Virus genome (UHGV): UHGV-1351569
Direction: 5' to 3' (one strand)
Length of the DNA stretch: 64,000 bases
DNA from: a virus
The notes beneath the pieces were generated by a model. That model was not told the DNA's origin. It saw only the letters and a program-made list of their open reading frames with translations, and searched no databases. Positions 57,012-64,000 of the stretch are shown here, in pieces (the first letter of the stretch is position 1; each line of letters begins with the position of its first letter). The position numbers were made by a program, and so were the translations under genes.

Positions 57012-58829
57012 ATGATTAAGAATGAAATTAAAATTCTGAGCGATATTGAACATATCAAAAAGCGTAGCGGCATGTACATTGGTTCTTCTGCTAATGAAAT
57101 GCATGAGCGCTTTCTGTTTGGTAAATGGGAAAGTGTTCAGTATGTACCTGGTCTTGTTAAGCTTATTGATGAAATTATCGATAACTCAGTAGATGAAGGT
57201 ATTCGTACTAAGTTTAAATTCGCGAATAAAATTAATGTTACTATTAAAAACAATCAAGTAACAGTTGAAGATAACGGTCGTGGTATTCCACAAGCGATGG
57301 TTAAAACACCTACTGGTGAAGAAATTCCTGGTCCTGTTGCCGCCTGGACTATTCCAAAAGCAGGTGGTAACTTTGGTGATGATAAAGAACGCGTCACTGG
57401 CGGTATGAACGGTGTTGGTTCTAGTTTAACTAACATTTTTTCTGTGATGTTTGTCGGTGAAACTGGTGATGGTCAAAATAATATTGTAGTTCGTTGTTCA
57501 AATGGCATGGAAAATAAATCGTGGGAAGATATTCCTGGAAAATGGAAAGGAACTCGCGTTACTTTCATTCCTGATTTTATGTCATTTGAAACTAATGAGC
57601 TATCTCAGGTTTATCTTGACATTACACTAGATCGTCTCCAGACACTTGCAGTAGTTTATCCTGATATTCAATTTACCTTTAATGGTAAAAAGGTTCAGGG
57701 TAATTTTAAGAAATATGCACGTCAATATGATGAGCATGCTATCGTTCAAGAACAAGAAAACTGTTCTATTGCGGTCGGTCGTTCACCTGATGGTTTTCGT
57801 CAATTAACGTACGTCAATAACATTCATACTAAGAATGGTGGCCATCATATTGACTGTGTTATGGATGATATTTGTGAAGACCTTATTCCACAAATCAAAC
57901 GCAAGTTCAAAATTGATGTAACTAAAGCACGTGTTAAAGAATGTTTGACTATCGTTATGTTTGTTCGTGATATGAAAAACATGCGATTTGATTCTCAAAC
58001 TAAAGAGCGTTTGACTTCTCCATTTGGTGAAATTCGCAGTCATATTCAGCTTGATGCTAAAAAGATTTCACGTGCTATTCTAAATAATGAAGCAATTTTA
58101 ATGCCAATTATTGAAGCTGCCTTGGCTCGTAAATTGGCGGCAGAAAAAGCAGCAGAAACTAAAGCAGCTAAAAAGGCTTCTAAAGCTAAGGTTCATAAAC
58201 ATATTAAAGCGAATCTTTGTGGTAAAGATGCTGACACTACTCTTTTCTTGACTGAGGGTGATTCTGCTATCGGATATCTTATTGATGTTCGTGATAAAGA
58301 ACTTCATGGTGGTTATCCATTACGTGGTAAAGTTCTCAACAGTTGGGGTATGTCATATGCTGATATGCTTAAAAACAAAGAACTGTTTGATATTTGCGCA
58401 ATCACTGGATTAGTTCTTGGTGAAAAAGCCGAAAACTTGAATTATCATAATATCGCAATTATGACCGATGCTGACCACGATGGTCTAGGAAGCATTTATC
58501 CTTCTCTGCTCGGATTTTTTAGTAATTGGCCAGAATTGTTTGAACAAGGAAGAATTCGCTTTGTCAAAACTCCTGTAATCATCGCTCAGGTCGGTAAAAA
58601 ACAAGAATGGTTTTATACAGTCGCTGAATATGAGAGTGCCAAAGATGCTCTACCTAAACATAGCATCCGTTATATTAAAGGACTTGGCTCTTTGGAAAAA
58701 TCTGAATATCGTGAGATGATTCAAAACCCAGTATATGATGTTGTTAAACTTCCTGAGAACTGGAAAGAGCTTTTTGAAATGCTCATGGGAGATAATGCTG
58801 ACCTTCGTAAAGAATGGATGAGCCAGTAG
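57012..58829 (+). CDS. 39: DNA topoisomerase II ATPase subunit gp39, unsplit form
   Basis: 605 aa from ATG 57012 (gagga RBS); GHKL ATPase N-domain; C-terminal ~130 aa equals recalled T4 gp60 C-terminus, so one ORF covers T4 39 plus 60. Confidence 0.9.
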   Translation: MIKNEIKILSDIEHIKKRSGMYIGSSANEMHERFLFGKWESVQYVPGLVKLIDEIIDNSVDEGIRTKFKFANKINVTIKNNQVTVEDNGRGIPQAMVKTPTGEEIPGPVAAWTIPKAGGNFGDDKERVTGGMNGVGSSLTNIFSVMFVGETGDGQNNIVVRCSNGMENKSWEDIPGKWKGTRVTFIPDFMSFETNELSQVYLDITLDRLQTLAVVYPDIQFTFNGKKVQGNFKKYARQYDEHAIVQEQENCSIAVGRSPDGFRQLTYVNNIHTKNGGHHIDCVMDDICEDLIPQIKRKFKIDVTKARVKECLTIVMFVRDMKNMRFDSQTKERLTSPFGEIRSHIQLDAKKISRAILNNEAILMPIIEAALARKLAAEKAAETKAAKKASKAKVHKHIKANLCGKDADTTLFLTEGDSAIGYLIDVRDKELHGGYPLRGKVLNSWGMSYADMLKNKELFDICAITGLVLGEKAENLNYHNIAIMTDADHDGLGSIYPSLLGFFSNWPELFEQGRIRFVKTPVIIAQVGKKQEWFYTVAEYESAKDALPKHSIRYIKGLGSLEKSEYREMIQNPVYDVVKLPENWKELFEMLMGDNADLRKEWMSQ

Positions 58830-58858
58830 TTTACTTTACCACAAGGATGTGGTATAAT
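58829..58858 (+). promoter_or_regulatory. T4-type early promoter
   Basis: GTTTAC, 18-bp spacer, TGgTATAAT; near-duplicate of promoter at 13689. Confidence 0.5.
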
Positions 58859-58883
58859 TAATTGGGCAAATGAGGATATTGAA

Positions 58884-59087
58884 ATGAAATCATATAAAGT
58901 AAATTTAGAACTTTTTGATAAAGCAGTTCATCGAGAATATAGAATCATTCAACGCTTTTTCGATATGGGAGAAGCCGAAGAGTTTAAAAACCGCTTTAAG
59001 GATATTAGAGATAAAATTCAATCCGACACTGCAACTAAAGATGAACTACTAGAAGTTGCTGAAGTTATTAAACGCAATATGAATTAA
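58884..59087 (+). CDS. hypothetical protein, 67 aa
   Basis: gaggatattgaa RBS. Confidence 0.5.
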   Translation: MKSYKVNLELFDKAVHREYRIIQRFFDMGEAEEFKNRFKDIRDKIQSDTATKDELLEVAEVIKRNMN

Positions 59088-59097
59088 TGAGGAAATT

Positions 59098-61275
59098 ATG
59101 ATTATCACCACTGAAAAAGAAACAATTCTTGGTAATGGTTCTAAATCAAAAGCATTTAGCATCACAGCATCTCCTAAAGTATTTAAAATTCTGTCATCTG
59201 ATTTGTATACAAACAAGATTCGCGCAGTAGTCCGCGAATTGATTACCAACATGATTGATGCCCATGCTCTCAATGGAAATCCTGAAAAATTTATCATTCA
59301 AGTTCCAGGACGATTAGATCCGCGATTTGTTTGCCGAGATTTTGGTCCGGGTATGAGCGATTTTGATATTCAAGGTGATGATAATTCTCCTGGGTTGTAT
59401 AATTCATACTTTAGTTCATCTAAAGCCGAATCTAACGATTTCATTGGTGGATTTGGTTTAGGTTCTAAATCTCCGTTTAGTTATACTGATACGTTTAGTA
59501 TTACTTCGTACCATAAAGGTGAAATTCGTGGTTATGTAGCTTACATGGATGGTGATGGTCCACAGATTAAACCTACATTCGTAAAAGAAATGGGTCCAGA
59601 CGATAAAACTGGTATTGAAATCGTAGTTCCAGTTGAAGAAAAAGACTTTAGAAACTTTGCTTATGAAGTTTCTTATATCATGCGACCATTCAAAGATTTG
59701 GCTATCATTAATGGTCTTGACCGTGAAATTGATTATTTTCCGGATTTTGATGACTATTACGGTGTAAATCCAGAAAGATACTGGCCAGATCGTGGTGGAT
59801 TGTATGCTATCTATGGCGGTATTGTTTATCCTATTGATGGTGTTATTAGAGACCGTAACTGGTTAAGCATCCGCAATGAAGTGAATTATATTAAGTTTCC
59901 AATGGGTTCACTTGATATTGCTCCATCGCGTGAGGCTCTTTCACTGGACGATCGTACTCGTAAAAATATTATTGAGCGCGTTAAAGAGCTTAGTGAGCGG
60001 GCATTCAATGAAGATGTAAAACGATTTAAAGAATCTACATCTCCTCGTCATACATATCGTGAATTGATGAAAATGGGATATTCTGCTCGAGATTATATGA
60101 TTAGCAATTCAGTCAAATTCACGACTAAAAATCTGTCATATAAAAAGATGCAGAGCATGTTTGAACCTGACAGTAAGTTATGCAATGCAGGGGTTGTGTA
60201 TGAAGTAAATCTTGACCCTCGACTGAAACGCATTAAACAAAGTCATGAAACTTCAGCCGTTGCGTCAAGCTATCGTCTGTTTGGTATTAATACGACAAAA
60301 ATTAATATTGTTATTGATAATACTAAAAATCGTGTTAATATTGTCCGTGGATTAGCACGTGCATTAGATGATAGTGAATTTAATAACACCTTAAATATTC
60401 ATCACAATGAGCGGCTTCTGTTTATTAATCCAGAAGTAGAATCGCAGATTGATTTGCTTCCTGATATTATGGCAATGTTTGAAAGTGATGAAGTTAACAT
60501 TCATTATTTGTCAGAAATTGAAGCTTTAGTTAAAAGTTATATTCCAAAGGCAGTAAAAAGTACAGCTCCTCGTCCTAAAGCTGCTACTGCATTTAAGTTT
60601 GAAATTAAAGACGGGCGCTGGGAAAAAGAGGAATTGTTTACACTTACGTCAGAAGCAGATGAAATTACTGGTTATGTAGCATACATGCATCGTTCTGATA
60701 TTTTCTCTATGGATGGTACTACATCGCTTTGTCATCCATCTATGAATATTTTGATTCGTATGGCTAATCTTATTGGCATTAATGAATTTTATGTTATTCG
60801 TCCGCTTTTACAGAAAAAGGTAAAAGAACTTGGTCAGTGCCAATGTATTTTTGAAACTTTGCGTGATTTATATGTAGATGCTTTTGATGATGTAGATTAT
60901 GATAAGTATGTAGGTTATTCAAGTTCAGCTAAACGATATATTGATAAAATTATCAAGTATCCTGAGTTAGATTTTATGATGAAGTACTTCAGTGTAGATG
61001 AAGTTTCTGAAGAATATACACGACTCGCTAATATGGTTAGTTCATTACAGGGTGTATATTTCAACGGTGGAAAAGATACCATCGGTCATGACATCTGGAC
61101 AGTAACTAATCTTTTTGATGTATTATCAAATAATGCTTCAAAAAATAGTGATAAAATGGTTGCTGAGTTTACCAAGAAATTCCGTATTGTTTCCGACTTC
61201 ATCGGTTATCGCAGCTCTTTAAGTGATGATGAAGTTTCTCAAATCGCTAAAACTATGAAGGCCCTTGCGGCCTAA
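59098..61275 (+). CDS. rIIA: rIIA protein
   Basis: 725 aa, exactly recalled T4 rIIA length; position downstream of gene 39. Confidence 0.85.
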   Translation: MIITTEKETILGNGSKSKAFSITASPKVFKILSSDLYTNKIRAVVRELITNMIDAHALNGNPEKFIIQVPGRLDPRFVCRDFGPGMSDFDIQGDDNSPGLYNSYFSSSKAESNDFIGGFGLGSKSPFSYTDTFSITSYHKGEIRGYVAYMDGDGPQIKPTFVKEMGPDDKTGIEIVVPVEEKDFRNFAYEVSYIMRPFKDLAIINGLDREIDYFPDFDDYYGVNPERYWPDRGGLYAIYGGIVYPIDGVIRDRNWLSIRNEVNYIKFPMGSLDIAPSREALSLDDRTRKNIIERVKELSERAFNEDVKRFKESTSPRHTYRELMKMGYSARDYMISNSVKFTTKNLSYKKMQSMFEPDSKLCNAGVVYEVNLDPRLKRIKQSHETSAVASSYRLFGINTTKINIVIDNTKNRVNIVRGLARALDDSEFNNTLNIHHNERLLFINPEVESQIDLLPDIMAMFESDEVNIHYLSEIEALVKSYIPKAVKSTAPRPKAATAFKFEIKDGRWEKEELFTLTSEADEITGYVAYMHRSDIFSMDGTTSLCHPSMNILIRMANLIGINEFYVIRPLLQKKVKELGQCQCIFETLRDLYVDAFDDVDYDKYVGYSSSAKRYIDKIIKYPELDFMMKYFSVDEVSEEYTRLANMVSSLQGVYFNGGKDTIGHDIWTVTNLFDVLSNNASKNSDKMVAEFTKKFRIVSDFIGYRSSLSDDEVSQIAKTMKALAA

Positions 61276-61286
61276 TAAGGAAAATT

Positions 61287-62225
61287 ATGTACAATATTAA
61301 ATGCCTGACCAAAAACGAACAAGCTGAAATTGTCAAACTGTATTCAAGTGGTAATTATACCCAGCAGGAATTGGCTGATTGGCAAGGTGTATCGGTGGAC
61401 ACAATCCGTCGTGTTTTGAAAAATGCTGAAGAAGCTGAGCGTTCCAAAGTTACCATTAGCGGTGACATTACAGTTGAAGTTAAGAGTGATGTAGCCATTG
61501 CTCCAGTTGCTAAATCTGACATTATTTGGAATGCATCTAAAAAATTCATTTCAATTACTGTTGATGGCGTAACTTATAACGCAACTCCTAATACTCATTC
61601 AAACTTCCAGGAAATTCTTAATCTGCTTGTTGCAGATAAATTGGAAGAAGCAGCGCAAAAAATTAATGTTCGCCGCGCTGTTGAAAAATATATTTCTGGT
61701 GATGTTCGAATTGAAGGTGGAAGCTTGTTCTATCAAAACATTGAATTACGGTCTGGTTTAGTTGATCGTATTCTCGATTCGATGGAAAAAGGCGAAAACT
61801 TTGAATTTTATTTTCCGTTCTTGGAAAATCTGTTGGAAAACCCGAGCCAAAAAGCGGTATCTCGACTCTTTGATTTCTTGGTAGCAAACGATATTGAAAT
61901 TACAGAAGACGGTTACTTCTATGCTTGGAAAGTAGTTCGCAGTAATTACTTTGACTGCCATTCAAATACTTTTGATAACAGTCCTGGTAAAGTAGTTAAA
62001 ATGCCACGTACTCGTGTGAATGACGATGATACACAAACTTGTTCTCGTGGTCTGCATGTGTGTTCTAAATCTTATATTCGTCACTTTGGCAGTTCAACCA
62101 GTCGAGTTGTAAAAGTTAAAGTACATCCTCGCGATGTAGTATCAATTCCGATTGATTACAACGATGCTAAAATGCGTACTTGCCAATACGAAGTAGTTGA
62201 AGACGTTACTGAACAATTTAAATAA
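61287..62225 (+). CDS. rIIB: rIIB protein
   Basis: 312 aa, recalled T4 rIIB length; follows rIIA. Confidence 0.85.
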   Translation: MYNIKCLTKNEQAEIVKLYSSGNYTQQELADWQGVSVDTIRRVLKNAEEAERSKVTISGDITVEVKSDVAIAPVAKSDIIWNASKKFISITVDGVTYNATPNTHSNFQEILNLLVADKLEEAAQKINVRRAVEKYISGDVRIEGGSLFYQNIELRSGLVDRILDSMEKGENFEFYFPFLENLLENPSQKAVSRLFDFLVANDIEITEDGYFYAWKVVRSNYFDCHSNTFDNSPGKVVKMPRTRVNDDDTQTCSRGLHVCSKSYIRHFGSSTSRVVKVKVHPRDVVSIPIDYNDAKMRTCQYEVVEDVTEQFK

Positions 62226-62253
62226 GGGCTTCGGCCCTTAACTAAGGAAAATT

Positions 62254-62448
62254 ATGTTAGGTTATCAAGCACGAGTAAAAGAAGAATACGATCAATTAAT
62301 GCTCAAAATTAATGCACTGAGCAAATTTTTAGAAAGCACAAAGTTTCTAACGATTAATGAAGTTGAGCAAGAATTGCTGCTTTCACAATTCATCTCAATG
62401 AAATCTTACGCAGATTGTTTAGAAAAAAGAATTGCACAATTCAAATAA
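62254..62448 (+). CDS. hypothetical protein, 64 aa
   Basis: ORF between two UUCG hairpins. Confidence 0.5.
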   Translation: MLGYQARVKEEYDQLMLKINALSKFLESTKFLTINEVEQELLLSQFISMKSYADCLEKRIAQFK

Positions 62449-62452
62449 AATA

Positions 62453-62472
62453 AGGGGCTTCGGCCCTTTTGT
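62453..62472 (+). terminator. rho-independent terminator
   Basis: gggc-ttcg-gccc then ttttgtttt. Confidence 0.55.
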
Positions 62473-62535
62473 TTTAAGGAAAAATTATGATTTATTGTAT
62501 GAATATCAGTGATTCCGACGTAAAAGGAAAGTTTA

Positions 62536-63093
62536 ATGCAGAAAACGAATCCGGGTTTACAGAGACTATTTCAGATTCCGACATTTACCCTATCGAACAG
62601 TGACTTGACTAGTGAAATGAAGGTCAAAATTGCTGATACAGCAAGATACTCTTTAAAACAAAACCCGAACCAGGATAAAGCAGAAGTTATTGAAAGATGT
62701 CGTATCGCGGTGTACGCAGAGTTTTTTGTAGCAGATTGGCTAAGCGGGTATGTTAACAAAGGCCAAGAGGATGTTAATGACCCGTATACATACGCATGGG
62801 ATGTATTGGCGCATCCAAGATATTGCGGGCTTCGTGTAGAAGTTAAGACACACCAAACTGACTCACGTTGGATTTCGGTAACAACCGGATGCAGCGGAGA
62901 GTATCCATACGGTTCTGGAATAAATCTAGGGCCCATTCTGAATCACCAAGTCGCTGACTGTATAATTATATTCAACACTAAAGAAATTCATCCAGGTGTC
63001 ATCCAGTACACTCCGAAGTTCATCGGTGATAGAGAAGACCTTCGTAAAGTTGTAAGAAAAAGCAACTACAACGGATGGTATCTTTCCATTTAA
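62536..63093 (+). CDS. denB: endonuclease IV (DenB)-position protein, 185 aa
   Basis: 185 aa equals recalled T4 DenB length; lies downstream of rIIB as in T4. Confidence 0.6.
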   Translation: MQKTNPGLQRLFQIPTFTLSNSDLTSEMKVKIADTARYSLKQNPNQDKAEVIERCRIAVYAEFFVADWLSGYVNKGQEDVNDPYTYAWDVLAHPRYCGLRVEVKTHQTDSRWISVTTGCSGEYPYGSGINLGPILNHQVADCIIIFNTKEIHPGVIQYTPKFIGDREDLRKVVRKSNYNGWYLSI

Positions 63094-63110
63094 AAAAATT
63101 TCACAAAACA

Positions 63111-63140
63111 GTTTACATACCACAAGGACTGTGGTACTAT
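63111..63140 (+). promoter_or_regulatory. T4-type early promoter with conserved leader (PeSL-like cassette)
   Basis: GTTTAC, 18-bp spacer, TACTAT, leader ...gatacggatttggagaataaaATG. Confidence 0.5.
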
Positions 63141-63174
63141 ATAACTATCAACTGATACGGATTTGGAGAATAAA

Positions 63175-63381
63175 ATGTTTACTACAGCTGAATTAAAACG
63201 AGCAAAAGCTAAGAAAGGGCAAGGAAAATATAAAGCTGAATTAGTTAAAGAACTTCAGTTTGCTGAGGCTGAATTGAATTCAATGATTATTCAAAATGCT
63301 CCAGAAACTGAAATTGCTCTTAAACGTATTGCGAATAAGTGTCTTCGTGATGCAATCGTCGATCTTTTAGCGGATTATTGA
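63175..63381 (+). CDS. hypothetical protein, 68 aa
   Basis: ATG 63175 after conserved leader; track TTG start 63163 unlikely. Confidence 0.5.
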   Translation: MFTTAELKRAKAKKGQGKYKAELVKELQFAEAELNSMIIQNAPETEIALKRIANKCLRDAIVDLLADY

Positions 63382-63650
63382 GTAAAATGAAATTTAAATT
63401 TTATTACGCTAAACATAAAATAACTGATGAGTTTGTGTCAGTTGAATATTCTAGCGATGATGAAGGTATGATTTATACTCGCTTAGGGTTATCGCACTGG
63501 GAGTCTGATACGCCTTATTTTTCAACTCCTGAAGAAATTACACGTTTAGTTAATGGTCATATGAATGACCACTGGAATGTAATTCTTTCAGATAGTCTTA
63601 AAGCGGCTATTAATAGTAATGAAATGAAAATCGCTGAGATTGAACTATGA
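63378..63650 (+). CDS. hypothetical protein, 90 aa
   Basis: ATGA overlap. Confidence 0.5.
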   Translation: MSKMKFKFYYAKHKITDEFVSVEYSSDDEGMIYTRLGLSHWESDTPYFSTPEEITRLVNGHMNDHWNVILSDSLKAAINSNEMKIAEIEL

Positions 63651-63835
63651 GTTCATTATGGTGGTGTTTTGTTTGGTTAATTAGTATTCCATTGATTTGT
63701 TTAGTATTTACTTTTGTGATGAGGTTATTATGAAAATTTTGAATTCTGTACTTATTGCTTGTGCATGGTGGGTTGCACAGGTTTCAGCGGTAGTAGTTGG
63801 TATTCACATTTATTACGAATATTTTTAAAAAAGTT

Positions 63836-63865
63836 GTTTACAAGACTGTTCTTCCGTGGTACTAT
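63836..63865 (+). promoter_or_regulatory. T4-type early promoter with conserved leader (PeSL-like cassette)
   Basis: GTTTAC, 18-bp spacer, TACTAT, leader ...ctatcaactacggaggaacagaaaATG. Confidence 0.5.
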
Positions 63866-63893
63866 TACCCTATCAACTACGGAGGAACAGAAA

Positions 63894-64000
63894 ATGAAAA
63901 AGATTGTTAAAGCTATATGGAATGTAGTTATAATACTAATAGTTTTGAGTATATTCCCAATCGTTTTAATGATTGATGTATTAAACGTTTACTTTGGATT
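63894..64000 (+). CDS. hydrophobic small protein, 5' part only (runs off window end)
   Basis: ATG after conserved leader; an in-frame upstream ATG at 63729 with gagg RBS is an alternative start. Confidence 0.4.
   Translation, partial: MKKIVKAIWNVVIILIVLSIFPIVLMIDVLNVYFG

Noticed and set aside
62571-62936. 121-aa minus-strand ORF inside the denB-position gene
   Set aside because: Antisense shadow of a + strand gene; no translation signals
63729-63893. Open frame from an ATG at 63729 running through the promoter cassette into the terminal ORF
   Set aside because: Would place a promoter and leader inside a coding region; more likely a short upstream peptide or coincidental openness, and cannot be resolved because the ORF runs off the window
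1-64000. CRISPR arrays, tRNA or rRNA genes, integrase or transposase genes
   Set aside because: No regularly spaced direct repeats, no cloverleaf-like segments in the intergenic gaps I inspected, and no recombinase-like ORFs; the only mobile element seen is the group I intron

Overview
This window is a T-even (T4-like, Tevenvirinae) phage early/middle gene region, read in the opposite orientation to the usual T4 map, so nearly all genes are on the + strand. Gene order recognised from the translated ORFs: vs-region small genes and a GrcA-like glycyl-radical protein, regB, tk, rI, a long block of small and mid-sized accessory ORFs, nrdC, gene 49 (endonuclease VII), nrdD split by a group I intron carrying an I-TevII-like homing endonuclease, nrdG, nrdH, gene 55, alpha-gt, 47, 46, rpbA, 45, 44, 62, regA, 43, imm, 42, a glycosyltransferase, uvsX, 40, 41, dmd, sp, 61.2, 61, 56, soc, mrh, modB, modA, srd, dda, dexA, motB, gene 39, rIIA, rIIB and denB. 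Several features differ from what I recall for T4 itself and look T2/T6-like: gene 39 is a single 605-606 codon ORF (no gene 60 split), a 280-aa glycosyltransferase sits where T4 has beta-gt, no dam-sized ORF lies between 61 and 56, and 56 and soc are adjacent. The most interesting unexplained content is the accessory block between rI and nrdC (about 5.7-16.3 kb): a nucleotidyltransferase-fold gene followed by an AAA+ ATPase gene broken by a frameshift in a C5 run, and four tandem 300-343 aa ORFs of shared architecture. Other candidates are a macro-domain ORF near tk, uncharacterised small ORFs beside the known anti-defence genes dmd and 61.2, and repeated early-promoter/leader cassettes. Hypothetical-ORF coordinates come from the supplied track, with starts refined from RBS context, and are approximate. 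Regulatory sites were found by motif reading only. All homology statements are from memory of T4 proteins and motifs, not from a database search.
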